In this document: positions 27,312-38,400 of the stretch, in pieces
Numbering within the stretch: position 1 is the stretch's first letter
How the letters are laid out: every line of letters begins with the position of its first letter
Virus record (IMG/VR): IMGVR_UViG_3300005077_000565
Location: 1 to 64,000 of that record
Length of the DNA stretch: 64,000 bases
Strand: one strand, 5' to 3'
From: a virus
Notes under the pieces: model-generated
What the model saw: only the letters and a program-made list of their open reading frames with translations
What the model was told of the DNA's origin: nothing
Database searches by the model: none
Position numbers and translations under genes: made by a program

Positions 27312-28187
27312 TTAGAGATCAGTGTCATCATCGTGTGATTCGTAAGCATGTGCTTCACGAGCTCGACGATGTGCATCTTCGGTATCTAGCTGTCTACCAA
27401 AACTCGGTGCTTGACCCATTTCCTGTAACAGATCATCGCGGAGATTCTGATTACGTTTTTCCAAGTTTAAAACTCTAGTAAAGCTATTAGTAATGGCTGC
27501 TGTGTAGTAGGCAAACGGGTTCTGACTCTTACTTTCATCAAAGTACAGGCCAATCTGAGACAACTGCATCAGCGCATGACTTCGCATTTCGTCGACGTAG
27601 GTATAACCCCGCCAGTTACTACGCATACTGTATCGTTGACATAGCATGATCATCATACTAGCCAATTTCTCAGTAATCCTGCCATGTGTGACAGAAAACT
27701 TACCGGTAGTTAAGTCGCCACGCCAGTGGCTGCGGACAACTTCCTGCCAGCCGCCAGCACGCCAGACTACATGTTTGAACGGTGGGAAATTGCACTTGGA
27801 GTGATGGTCAGCAGTGGATTTAGGTTTATTCTTACGCCCGGGTTCAGCGGGTACATGAGCAAACGTCATTACACGTATAACTATGTCTTCTTTGGGGATC
27901 GTTGCCCCGTCAAATTTAAAATCAATAAGTCTGGGTTTGTCTTTTAATTTTTTAGTTTCAGATGACTCCCAGGCTGCTAGTGCCTGAGCGTAGTTTTCAG
28001 CCGCCAGACGATCTGCTCGTGTTTGCTGAGCCTCATCTAATAGGCGATCGGTGATTTCAGCAACATCATACACAATTGCGTCTTCGTTGTAATATTTTCG
28101 ATCTTCAATGTAACAAAAACTTAATTTACTCTTATGAATTTCTTTTAACAGTTCTTTGTTGTTTAGATAGTTAACTTTTTTAGTCAT
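27312..28187 (-). CDS. gp55: late transcription sigma factor (T4 gp55 family)
   Basis: NYLNNKELL...NWRGYTYVDEM...FDESKSQNPFAYYT...NSFTRVLNLEK; adjacent to gp47/gp46 as in T4-like phages. Confidence 0.88.
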   Translation of the reverse strand: MTKKVNYLNNKELLKEIHKSKLSFCYIEDRKYYNEDAIVYDVAEITDRLLDEAQQTRADRLAAENYAQALAAWESSETKKLKDKPRLIDFKFDGATIPKEDIVIRVMTFAHVPAEPGRKNKPKSTADHHSKCNFPPFKHVVWRAGGWQEVVRSHWRGDLTTGKFSVTHGRITEKLASMMIMLCQRYSMRSNWRGYTYVDEMRSHALMQLSQIGLYFDESKSQNPFAYYTAAITNSFTRVLNLEKRNQNLRDDLLQEMGQAPSFGRQLDTEDAHRRAREAHAYESHDDDTDL

Positions 28188-28210
28188 CCGTTCAATCCTT
28201 TAACAATCTT

Positions 28211-28239
28211 AGTATAAACTTACGATTTACAAAAGTCAA
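28211..28239 (-). promoter_or_regulatory. host sigma70-type promoter for the gp55-47-46 operon
   Basis: TTGACT-17 nt-TATACT, then AAGGA RBS. Confidence 0.8.
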
Positions 28240-28260
28240 TACCTGAGTGCATTTTCCATG

Positions 28261-28268
28261 TATAAATA
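28261..28268 (+). promoter_or_regulatory. late promoter TATAAATA for the baseplate operon
   Basis: Exact consensus followed by AGGAG RBS and ATG 28291. Confidence 0.8.
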
Positions 28269-28290
28269 GTCATACAGGAGAACGGTAGTT

Positions 28291-28902
28291 ATGTTAATTT
28301 TTGAAGTCATATCCGAAGCCACTGCAAAAGATATTGCTGTATTCTACGGTGGACGCTTTCAACCCATGCATCAGGGGCACTATCAGTTATATCAGCAGCT
28401 GACGAACAAATTTGGCTCTGACAACGTCTATATTGCCACTACATTTGGGCAAAAACAACAAAAAATGCATGCCACCGGCGACTACTCATCTGATCCATTT
28501 ACATTTGAAGAAAAGACGCAGATAGCCAGTCGGATGTTTAATATTAATCCCGGAGTGTTTGTAAACACACAACCCTATCGCCCGGATTTAAGCAAGGTTG
28601 GTAGAAATCCCGACTCCACGGCTGTGATATTAGCCTTTAGTGAAAAGGATGCCGGGAGATTATCCACTGGAAATGCACTTCGAGAATTACCACAGGATTT
28701 AAGCACACTAGAACCCGCTTCTAGCGGTATTGCATATTTTGTGACTATGCCGGTAAATCAGGGAGGTATGAGTGCCACTGATTTCAGAAAGATCATGGCC
28801 ACTGCCGACGATCAACAAAAGCACGATGCATTCATCAAGTTTTTTGGGAAATTTGACCCTGCGGTGTTTAACTTTATTCAGGAACGACTAACTCATGGCT
28901 GA
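28291..28902 (+). CDS. HxGH nucleotidyltransferase-fold (cytidylyltransferase-like) protein
   Basis: FYGGRFQPMHQGH, PFTFEEK, KDAGRL, MSATDFR. Confidence 0.75.
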   Translation: MLIFEVISEATAKDIAVFYGGRFQPMHQGHYQLYQQLTNKFGSDNVYIATTFGQKQQKMHATGDYSSDPFTFEEKTQIASRMFNINPGVFVNTQPYRPDLSKVGRNPDSTAVILAFSEKDAGRLSTGNALRELPQDLSTLEPASSGIAYFVTMPVNQGGMSATDFRKIMATADDQQKHDAFIKFFGKFDPAVFNFIQERLTHG

Positions 28903-29485
28903 TCTACGAGCACGTTTAACTGCCAAGGGGAAAAATAATCCCGGACTTAATGGTCCCGGCGCAGTATTGTCTGTGACTAATGGTATAGTATTCCCTTTCA
29001 CTCCTAACATTGCAACACAGACGCAGGTTGAGTATACACAATATGATCTTGTGCACACCAACTATCAGCCCTATGCTTATAGTAAAACTCGAGCTCCCAG
29101 CTTGCAGATTACCGGTGCATTTGCCAATCAGATCAAAGAAGATTTCGAATATACGGTGGGAGTACTACATTTTCTAAAATGTAACACTAAAATGTTTTTT
29201 GGTGATGATTCAGAATATGCTGGTGCACCACCACCGCTACTAAATTTCAGCGCACACGGGGCCAATAATTTTAAAAATGTACCAGTACTGATTGGTGGGT
29301 TTACTGTCAGTTATCCCGATGATGTAGACTACGTCGAAGGGGAAATTGGTGATGAAACAGTTAAGCTACCGGCAATCATGTCAATAGCCATTGATCTATT
29401 ACCACACTATAGTGCCGCTAAACAGCAGGAATTCAGTCTAGCTGAGTTCAGTACTGGTAAACTCTATAAGAACGGATTCATCTGA
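28895..29485 (+). CDS. baseplate-tail tube junction protein (gp48/gp54-like)
   Basis: FPFTPNI...HTNY...GAPPPLLNFSAHG...FKNVPVLI..F...YPDDVDY; position before gp53-like gene. Confidence 0.6.
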   Translation: MADLRARLTAKGKNNPGLNGPGAVLSVTNGIVFPFTPNIATQTQVEYTQYDLVHTNYQPYAYSKTRAPSLQITGAFANQIKEDFEYTVGVLHFLKCNTKMFFGDDSEYAGAPPPLLNFSAHGANNFKNVPVLIGGFTVSYPDDVDYVEGEIGDETVKLPAIMSIAIDLLPHYSAAKQQEFSLAEFSTGKLYKNGFI

Positions 29486-29775
29486 TGGTTAACTATAAAT
29501 CCAACAGTCTATACAGAAATACTCCACTGAACGACAAATACCTGGAAAATTACCAGCCACCGTTCGTTGTGTCACCACAGAATGTGCGTAAATTAACACT
29601 GGTGTCCAAATATAATTATCGTCCGGACTTATTGGCCTATGACCTCTACGGTGACGCTGGACTCTGGTGGGTGTTTACCTTGTATAACAGAAACGCCATA
29701 CTAGACCCAATCTACGATTTTGTCACCGGTCTGGAAATTAACGTGCCAGACGTTGGAAGTATTGTCGGAGTTTAA
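29485..29775 (+). CDS. gp53: baseplate wedge protein gp53-like (LysM-like)
   Basis: YRPDLLAYDLYGDAGLWWVF...N. Confidence 0.75.
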   Translation: MVNYKSNSLYRNTPLNDKYLENYQPPFVVSPQNVRKLTLVSKYNYRPDLLAYDLYGDAGLWWVFTLYNRNAILDPIYDFVTGLEINVPDVGSIVGV

Positions 29776-29778
29776 TCC

Positions 29779-31995
29779 GTGGCCTATTTACAAAACCAAC
29801 TAAATCGGTACGACATGTACAACTACCGTATACAGTTATATCAAACTGTACCCAGTGTAGTATCTGATCTTGACCGATCACTTGTGTCGGGGAAATCCAC
29901 GCTGCTGATAGATTCTGCAGTCAGCTCACAGTATAACATAACAAAACTAGAACATACTTTCGTTTCCGGTTACGGGCAAGTGCGCTCTACGTTCGCTCAT
30001 CGTTTTGATTTCGCCGTCAGCGAGCCCAATGGTGCAACATTTTTGGCTAATCTGGCCACCAGCGCCGCCGCTCTGGGGATAGAAAACCATCTGCAGGCCA
30101 TGTATATTGTCGCCATATCATTTATCGGGCACACTGATGGTCGTATACAGACACTGCCCAGTAAATTTTATTATCCAGTCTCGATAGTTTCTGTGGATAT
30201 GCAAATTGAGTCTGGTGGATCGTTGTATAACATCAGCGCTGTTGAAAATTCAACAACTGGGTTTAACTATCTTGAAGGTGTTATCAAGGAACAGTTGACC
30301 GTTGAAGCTTCAACCGTAGGGGAATTCGTCGCTGAATTCATCACAAAGCTAAATCGCAGTAATGAACTACAGGTATTAACCAACCGCAACCAAGCCTATC
30401 CCGATGAATACCAGATGGAGTTTGACATCGAGTCCGGAACCGACAAGTGGGCTGAGTGGAAGATTGAACAGACTGATGCTGACATGACAGTCAACGGTTC
30501 CAGTCGTGTTGGTGATAAAATACAGTTTGTGATCAACAACGGAAGTAATATTTCAGATATTATCAAAATGGTGTTGTCTGCCACCGCCGAGTACAAGCGC
30601 ATACAGTTGCACACTGGTGGCACAGCACGCCCTGAAGCCGCTGCCGTGTCAGAAGCTGATTTAAGTAAGTTCAAAGTATTCTTTAAACTGATACCCGACG
30701 TTGAATATCTAAAATTTGATCCGCTAAGACACGCATACACCCGTCGAGTAAAATATAAAATTAAAAAATACATCACGCCTGATGTTGTCGTGGACAATGT
30801 CGAATACGACAGTAGTATAACCGATGTTTCTGTACAGAATCAGCGTGTAACTAATTTAATGAAAGAAGGATTGCTTCGCAAACGTTATGACTATATCTTT
30901 ACTGGTAAAAATACCGAAGTAATGAATCTGGATATAAAGTTAAATTCTTCGTTCTATATTATAAGTGTCACCGGACTGAACAGTACAGTGGGTGATGCCA
31001 ACGCAGCTCAACCATCCAGTGGCAATGATGCGCCCAACATTCAGTCACAATTTAAGACACTGGCTGAAATTCAGAAGGCACTGGAAGATATTTCCGGCAA
31101 GTTAGCTGATGAATCTAGAAGAGCACAACAGTTAATAAAAACCTATAAAAATACTCAGAGTACAGTGGACCCGCTGGAGCCAGTGGGCAACGAGTGGGAC
31201 CTGATGATTAATAGCGATGCACAGGAAATCAGCCAAGCACAGAATAATATACGTGTATTGCGCACAGAGCGCGAAACACTACTGGCACGGCGTGAAGAAA
31301 TAATCAATGCAAGAGCAGCCACCGCCAGAGCTTCAACCAAGGCTGGTTCCTACGAATCATCTCGTGCAAATAAAATCGACATGCCGGTATATTTTGCGTC
31401 CGACGTTATCGATCAGTCCGATCGCTTTGCTCCGGAAAATGACAGGACCGGTGGTAGTATTCAATTTGGTGCAGTATCAGCAAACCTAGAAAATACTGGT
31501 GATCTGATGCGTATAGAGTTAACAGTGCGCGGTGATCCCTACTGGATGGGAATGCCCAACAGTTTTTATCGAAAAAATTCCAGTGTTGTTGACTTAGTTG
31601 ACTTTGAACAAGGCGGCAATATGTTTTTCTTAAACATTAGATTGCCAATAGACCGTGATGTTGATGGTATAAGAAAACCACAGACAGATTTCGCTATAAC
31701 CGGTGTATATACAGTGATATCAGTGACTAATTCATTTGCCAATGGTCAGTTTGTACAATATCTAACCGCTGTCAGGGACATTGCCACAAACGCCAGTACT
31801 GTGTATAAAACACTAGACACTCCGCCAGATTCAATAACTACCTCGGCAGCGTCCATGGATAACACTAATCCCAGTGATCCTAAAAATGATCCCGCAACCA
31901 CACAGGAAAGCATGGCTGGCCCAATTGCCGCAAGCAAGAGCACAGCAGCGCCGAGCTCGTCTCCAAGAATCTCGCGGCAACGCCAATTGATGTAA
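29779..31995 (+). CDS. baseplate hub protein (gp27-like)
   Basis: YDYIFTGKNTEV, IELTVRGDPYW, GVYTVISVTNSFANGQFVQYL; lies between gp53 and gp5. Confidence 0.6.
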   Translation: MAYLQNQLNRYDMYNYRIQLYQTVPSVVSDLDRSLVSGKSTLLIDSAVSSQYNITKLEHTFVSGYGQVRSTFAHRFDFAVSEPNGATFLANLATSAAALGIENHLQAMYIVAISFIGHTDGRIQTLPSKFYYPVSIVSVDMQIESGGSLYNISAVENSTTGFNYLEGVIKEQLTVEASTVGEFVAEFITKLNRSNELQVLTNRNQAYPDEYQMEFDIESGTDKWAEWKIEQTDADMTVNGSSRVGDKIQFVINNGSNISDIIKMVLSATAEYKRIQLHTGGTARPEAAAVSEADLSKFKVFFKLIPDVEYLKFDPLRHAYTRRVKYKIKKYITPDVVVDNVEYDSSITDVSVQNQRVTNLMKEGLLRKRYDYIFTGKNTEVMNLDIKLNSSFYIISVTGLNSTVGDANAAQPSSGNDAPNIQSQFKTLAEIQKALEDISGKLADESRRAQQLIKTYKNTQSTVDPLEPVGNEWDLMINSDAQEISQAQNNIRVLRTERETLLARREEIINARAATARASTKAGSYESSRANKIDMPVYFASDVIDQSDRFAPENDRTGGSIQFGAVSANLENTGDLMRIELTVRGDPYWMGMPNSFYRKNSSVVDLVDFEQGGNMFFLNIRLPIDRDVDGIRKPQTDFAITGVYTVISVTNSFANGQFVQYLTAVRDIATNASTVYKTLDTPPDSITTSAASMDNTNPSDPKNDPATTQESMAGPIAASKSTAAPSSSPRISRQRQLM

Positions 31996-32010
31996 AAGGC
32001 ACAATATAAG

Positions 32011-33777
32011 ATGCATAAAAGTGTAAACAAATACAGCCGTAAAGTAAAAGAAACCTACAACCAGAACATAAGTTCCAAGGGTTTGAAAATTCCTGCTGGC
32101 GTCTATCGTGGTATCGTAGTAGAACACGGTGATGATCGACAGATGGGACGAATCAAAGTCAACATCAGTCAGTTTTATGGCTCAGTGGCCACCAAAGAGG
32201 TCAATGAGTTGGAATCTCAGGAATTTCTGGGTGCAATCTGGTGCCGTCTAGTAGTCCCCTATGGTGGAACCTACAGCGATGAGGGCTCGGCGCAGAGTTA
32301 CGGATTTCTAGGAGCGCCACCAGCAGTGGGCAACGAAGTACTAGTAGCATTCAGTGGCGACAGCGACAAGGGTTTTATTTTAGGTGTACTACCTGAAGAA
32401 CAACGTATCAGCACCATGGCCGGCCCGGTTGCTCGCATGGCCATTGACGAAAATGGCGATCGTGTTTTTACACAAGCCTACGACACTGATAGAACTCGTA
32501 GCACTGAAAATGATTTACCAGCCATGCACGGGCAGGCCGCCGCACTAGTCAAACAGGGTCTAGCTGGGGATCGTCTTCGTGGTCTAAACTTCAGTAACCC
32601 AACAAGATCTGGAAATACAGTAAACCGAGTCACCGCTATCAGCACACCTGAAGGTCACTCTATAATCATGGACGACGGCGACATTGAAGGCAATAACTTT
32701 TCGTTGATGCGTTTTAGAACCGCCGCCGGCGCACAGATATTAATGGACGACAACAATGGTTTTACCTATATTATAAGTCGTGATGGTAAAACCTGGATCG
32801 AAATGAACTCCAACGGTGACCTAGATATTTTCAGTGAAAAAAGTATCAACATGAACACCAGCGGTGACTTTAACGTCAGGGCCGGTGGCGCCATTAACAT
32901 GGAAAGTGCCAACGGATTCAACCTTCGTGATGTCAGCCCCGGCGGTATCAAGATGTTTGCCAGTGTTGGCACCATTGATATCAAAGCCGCCACTGATCTG
33001 CAACTACAAGCTGGTGGTAACGGTAACCTGTTAGTAGCCGGCGGCTGGAGAGAAACAGCAGCTCGCATTGATATGAACGGTCCCGTAGCCAAATCTGCCA
33101 CAGAGCCCAGTATCACCAAACACCCCGGTAACCGAACAGTCACTGAAAGTGTATCACGCCGCGTTCCAGAAAAGGAACCCTGGCCAGGGCACTTGAATGT
33201 CAGTAATGTCAGCTACGGTTCAGTAACTGGCTCCGAAGGTGTTAGCCTATCCTTCTACGAAGGAGCGCCCAGCAACCCCAATGCTGTGGAAAATACTGGG
33301 ACATTGACTGAAGCCGCCAACATCACAGATGACGCTGTGTTAAGTGGCAGCGGACTAGTAGTCTGGGCCCCGGGTGTAGATCGACGAGTAGATCAAAGAT
33401 TAATTGATATTGTAGAACGAATCGCCAAACGATTCGGAAAAACGCTGACAATCACCAGTGGATATCGTAGTCCCGGGCACAATGCCAGCCTTCGTGACGC
33501 CAGCGGCCGCCAGCTGACGGCAAAAAATAGTCAGCACATGTATCATCGAGCCGTGGATTTATCTGGTAATGAATTTACCAATGCCGAGCGTCTGCGTATA
33601 ATTGAAATTGCATCCAGTGAAGGTATAACTGGTATTGGTGTATACAACGACAAACATATTCACCTGGACATACGCGGTGGTAATCCCATCGGCTGGGGCA
33701 GTGGTAACACCTTCTCAGGAATTCCAGATTATGCAGTCAGCACCATACAGAAACACATAAGCGGGGGATTTGCCTGA
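32011..33777 (+). CDS. gp5: baseplate spike gp5/VgrG-like protein with C-terminal M15A zinc peptidase
   Basis: OB-fold (GRIKV...PPAVGNEVLVAF), beta-helix (GHSIIMDD, GAQILMDD), then ITSGYRS...NSQH...AVD...HIHLD. Confidence 0.8.
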   Translation: MHKSVNKYSRKVKETYNQNISSKGLKIPAGVYRGIVVEHGDDRQMGRIKVNISQFYGSVATKEVNELESQEFLGAIWCRLVVPYGGTYSDEGSAQSYGFLGAPPAVGNEVLVAFSGDSDKGFILGVLPEEQRISTMAGPVARMAIDENGDRVFTQAYDTDRTRSTENDLPAMHGQAAALVKQGLAGDRLRGLNFSNPTRSGNTVNRVTAISTPEGHSIIMDDGDIEGNNFSLMRFRTAAGAQILMDDNNGFTYIISRDGKTWIEMNSNGDLDIFSEKSINMNTSGDFNVRAGGAINMESANGFNLRDVSPGGIKMFASVGTIDIKAATDLQLQAGGNGNLLVAGGWRETAARIDMNGPVAKSATEPSITKHPGNRTVTESVSRRVPEKEPWPGHLNVSNVSYGSVTGSEGVSLSFYEGAPSNPNAVENTGTLTEAANITDDAVLSGSGLVVWAPGVDRRVDQRLIDIVERIAKRFGKTLTITSGYRSPGHNASLRDASGRQLTAKNSQHMYHRAVDLSGNEFTNAERLRIIEIASSEGITGIGVYNDKHIHLDIRGGNPIGWGSGNTFSGIPDYAVSTIQKHISGGFA

Positions 33778-34490
33778 TGTTAAAAACAGTAGCCATAGAA
33801 AATCGAGTACAGTGGGAATCCTTCACTGTGGCTGATGCAAATCGAGTAAACTTAAAAATATCGTTACCAGTGATCGAAGCTTCAGCAGAAATTCTAGAAA
33901 TCGTATTAGGTAGATCATTGTATTATCCCTACAGACACCTAAATCAGAATGATCAATATGTAATTGGCTATGGTTATGGTGATACTGACCTGGAATCTGG
34001 GTATACTGAAGCTGAAGCATACAGTCAGTGGCTGGCTGCAATGAAGAAAAAACAACGAGAATTGAAGGCACAATTACCACTGTTGGCTGTTTCTCAGAGT
34101 CATTTTGATGCGTTGTTCAGCCTGTATGTTTCCACAGGGGTCTGGCGCCGAGTCGAAGGTGATCAGGGCACTTATGATATAGAATCTGCGATACTAGCTG
34201 GTTCCTGGAAAACAGTTGCTGATATGCTGGCCAATGGACGCGAATCCAGAGAGGATCGACTAGTAGAATCACGTGTGCTACAATTGGCAGATTATTCCAA
34301 TTCTAACACCAGAGAACGAGTTAAATTTCAGGGCATTCAGGATGCACGAGTCCAATATGCTAGAAACATCAGTGATCGTCTAGCTAGACGCCAACTGGAG
34401 GCCGGTTACTATCGCCAGACCACAGCATTCGTCCCCGGCATCTCCGATCTTAGAAAACGAGAATTAATAGCAAAATACGGTAAACTTTAA
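33777..34490 (+). CDS. degenerate lysozyme-like (GH24-fold) baseplate protein
   Basis: IGYG...SQSHFDALFSL...R..E retained; catalytic E/D/T not evident. Confidence 0.55.
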   Translation: MLKTVAIENRVQWESFTVADANRVNLKISLPVIEASAEILEIVLGRSLYYPYRHLNQNDQYVIGYGYGDTDLESGYTEAEAYSQWLAAMKKKQRELKAQLPLLAVSQSHFDALFSLYVSTGVWRRVEGDQGTYDIESAILAGSWKTVADMLANGRESREDRLVESRVLQLADYSNSNTRERVKFQGIQDARVQYARNISDRLARRQLEAGYYRQTTAFVPGISDLRKRELIAKYGKL

Positions 34491-34527
34491 CATAGGCAAC
34501 TAAATATTTTAACAACACAGGCGAATC

Positions 34528-35079
34528 ATGTCCAGCACTCTATTACTAAACGCAGACTACACGCCCATGGAACTGAGTCCAATCAGTCTACTTTCCTGGC
34601 GTGAAAGTATACGGGCTTACTATACTAACAGTATTTCAATACTAAAAACCTATGATCACTGGACAGTGCGATCACCCAGTGTGGAATTTGCAGTCCCCAG
34701 TATTGTTGTTGCCAATCAGTACCATAAAAGAAATAACTTTGCTAAACTGACACGAAAAAATCTATTTGTTCGTGACGAATATCGTTGCCAGTACTGTGGT
34801 GTCAAGTTCTACTATCATGAGCTGACTTTTGATCACGTATTGCCGCGCAGCCATGGTGGGGCCAGTACCTGGGATAACATGGTTGCTTGCTGCAAATCCT
34901 GCAATCATAAAAAAGGTAACAACGCCAAAATTTTACCCATACGGCGTCCCTACCAGCCGACCTGGCACGAAATTTACAACCAGAGTAAGTGCTATCGTAT
35001 TACTATACCAGATCCAGCCTGGCAGGAATTCTTACAATGGCCCGAAGAATTGCTGGAAATTAAAATAGCACATAATTGA
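34528..35079 (+). CDS. HNH endonuclease
   Basis: LLLNADY, RDEYRCQYCG, TFDHVLPRSHGG...WDNMVACCKSCNHKKG; own ACTAAATA motif at 34499-34506. Confidence 0.9.
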   Translation: MSSTLLLNADYTPMELSPISLLSWRESIRAYYTNSISILKTYDHWTVRSPSVEFAVPSIVVANQYHKRNNFAKLTRKNLFVRDEYRCQYCGVKFYYHELTFDHVLPRSHGGASTWDNMVACCKSCNHKKGNNAKILPIRRPYQPTWHEIYNQSKCYRITIPDPAWQEFLQWPEELLEIKIAHN

Positions 35080-35095
35080 AGCCATAAATAGTATT

Positions 35096-35461
35096 ATGGC
35101 GACATTTAGAGGCTATAGTACTATTGACAAGCGTTTTGGTAATTTTGTACTAGAAGATGTGCAGTTAGCAAAACGCGATTTATTGAATCACTTTTACACA
35201 CGCAAAGGTGAGCGCATACACGAACCTGAATTTGGCAGCATACTGCCAGATTTAGTGTTTGAGCCTCTGGTTCCCGAAGTAGTAGATCAAGTCGAAGACG
35301 ATGTACGCACAATCGTTCGTACCGACCCACGCTGGACACTTAAAGACCTTAACATCGAGATAGGTGAGCATTCTATTACATGCCACCTGGATCTGGTCTA
35401 TAATCCAACAACTACGATAGAATATCTATACTTAAAATTTACAGCAGAAGAAGAGAATTAA
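35096..35461 (+). CDS. gp25: baseplate wedge protein gp25
   Basis: DLLNHFYTRKGERIHEPEFGS...LVFEP...DPR. Confidence 0.9.
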   Translation: MATFRGYSTIDKRFGNFVLEDVQLAKRDLLNHFYTRKGERIHEPEFGSILPDLVFEPLVPEVVDQVEDDVRTIVRTDPRWTLKDLNIEIGEHSITCHLDLVYNPTTTIEYLYLKFTAEEEN

Positions 35462-35462
35462 T

Positions 35463-38400
35463 ATGGCCCAGAGTGTACGACAACGAAATTTGTTTGCAGC
35501 CGAAGATTTTACAGTAGTATATGACACCTTCAAGCAGGCAAATTTTCAAGCATACGACTATGACACTATTCGTCAGACCATGGTTGATTACATACGTAAC
35601 AACTATCCAGAGAATTTCAATGACTGGATTCAATCCAGTGAATTCGTAGCACTGGTAGAACTGCTGGCCTTTCTAGGACATAACCTAGCGTTCCGTGTAG
35701 ATCTTGCTGGCCGTGAAAACTTTTTAAGCACTGCTGAACGTCGAGCCAGTGTATTACGTATTGCTGACTTTTTGGGATATAATCCTATACGTGCTCTACC
35801 AGCACGAGGCCTATTGAAGATTCAGACAATCAAAACAAATCAGAACATCTACGATGTCAATGGAACTAGCCTCAAGAATAAAACTGTAAATTTCGTCGAT
35901 GAGCAAGATCAGACCAGTTATCAAAACTTCCTGTTGATTATGAATGAGGTCCTGGGTAACGCCAACAGGTTCGGTAGACCAGTTGCCAAGTCTACAATTA
36001 ATGGTGTCCGCACAGAAATTTATACCGTAAATCAAGCAGCGAACCAGGATATAACATTTAAATTCAAAGCACGGGTTAACGGAAATGAACAGTCATTTGA
36101 GTTACACGGTTCAACTATCGATGATGGGTTAATTCAGGAAACCATCCCCAATCCAGAATCTGCTTTTGGACTAGTGTATCGTAACGATAATCAGGGTATC
36201 ACTAGTAGTGACACCGGCTTCTTTGTAAGTTTCAAACAGGGAACTTTACAGTTCAGCGATTATAATGCCGATTCAGCAATCAGTAATCTACATCTGGCAG
36301 TCAACAGTACCAATATCAATAACAATGACGTCTGGGTTCAGACAGTCGATAGTCTGGGGCTAGTACTAACAGACTGGACTAAAATTGATTCCACGTACGG
36401 TGCCAGCGCAATTTTCAATGCCATAAACAACCAGACCCGTTCAGTATATTCAGTCAAAACTTTGGAAAACGATGCTATTAGTGTGAATTTTGGTGATGGC
36501 GTGTTTGCTGATGTACCACGTGGTATCATCAGAGTCTGGTACAGAAACTCAGTCAATGAGATCTACACACTTAATCCCGATGATGTAGGCACTGTAAACT
36601 TCAGCATCAAATATCTAGCAAGTGACGGAAACGAATATACCGCGGCATTTGCAGCTGAGCTTGAAACCAGTGTTAATAACGCCAGTAGTCGCGAAACTGT
36701 GGCCAGCATTAAAGAGAACGCTGGCCGTGTGTTTACAACGCAAGACCGAATGGTAACTGCTGAAGACTACAGTATTCTACCACTGACTGTCAGCAACAAC
36801 GTTAAGAAAATAAAAAGTGTAAATCGAACACACAGTGGTCACAGTCGCTTTATCAAGCCCAATGACCCAACAGCACATTATCAGAATGTTGTAATGATGG
36901 CTGAAGATGGGTATATCTACGGCGAAGATATTCTGGATCGTATCAGTATTCCATTGCCCAATGATATCACAAACTCGCAGATTTTTGATTTTTATCTGGC
37001 TCAGTTAATTCAACATCCCGAGCTACTGAATCTATACTATCAGAAATACTCACCCTTCGGTGTACCCTATGAGCCAGGTATCGTTGACAACAGTACTGCA
37101 TTCCAGTGGCAGCTAGTGTCAGCTGACACCAACGGGTGCACTGGCTATATCACACGTGCTGGTGTTCCTGAGCGTGTAGGTGACGCCATTACCAATGCCA
37201 TGGAAGATGTAAAAATTGGCAGCATCATAGAATTTACCGAAGAGCCCTGGATTGATGGTAGTCTGGGGAATCCCGGTGATGTATTTGATATAGTAAACGG
37301 TGGTTATGGTTACACTACAGCTAATGTGTTCATATATGGTACTGGTACTGGTGCCGCCGCCACCGCGGTTATAACCGACGGCAGTATTACTAGAATTAAC
37401 ATCACCAGTGGCGGATCAGGATATACTAATCCAGTATCGATTGTCATTGTTGGCGATGGCACCGGTGCACAGGCACGTGCACAAGCAAGATCCAGTGGCC
37501 GTCGCTGGGCCCGTGTTGTCAGCATCGACGATGACGGCCTTGGTGTCGACAACGTAACTGGAGTGCCCACTGGTATCGACAGCCGTGGACAGGGTGCAAT
37601 TATACTAAGCAACAGTGTACCACAAAATGCTAGAATTAGTCGCATATTTCCGGCGTTTACTACACAGTTCACCGACTCAGAAAAGGCAGCAATCATCAAT
37701 GCACTGTCGTTAAATAACTCGTTTGGTATTAGATACGATGCAGTAAATTCACTGTGGAAGATAGTGGCCACTAATGATCTCCCAGCCGCCAGTTTTAATA
37801 ACCCAAGATACTTCAGTCTTGCCAATGCTGGCATTGCCAACGGATCTACACCAGATCAGAGCTGGGTAGTTCGTGTTAACAAATACAGCGACCGCTGGGA
37901 AATACTATCTCGCCGTTACCGTATAGTCTACGGTAGTTCAGAATCTATTAGATTCTATAACCAGAATTCAAATATACGCTTCAATGTTGAAACAAACAAA
38001 CCCGAGCGTGACGAAATTAACGTACTGGGTATAAATTACAAACCCAACGGTAGCTCAGCCGCCATTGGCTCCGATTTAAAATTTTATGGATATCGTTATT
38101 ATACTGAAGCCAGTGGATACACGGATGATCACAAATTGCTGGTAACGGTCAGCAACATCAGCAACGATATGTATCCAGAAAATCCCATGGCTTTTAGGGA
38201 GCTTGTAGGCCCAGACCAAATTGGACTGGGTACTGTTAACGAAGACGGTTTCGAATACCAGGTTTATGACCCTGCAGCCACTGCAATTTATCCTGGCCGT
38301 GCTGACCTAACATTCAAATGGCGCCGTGTGGCCGAGACTGATGTTAGAATAGATCCTAGTATCAGCAACATTATTGATACATTTGTGTTGACTTCCAGTT

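Noticed and set aside
24491-28187. Inteins or introns in gp46, gp47 or gp55
   Set aside because: No intein terminal motifs or frame interruptions seen
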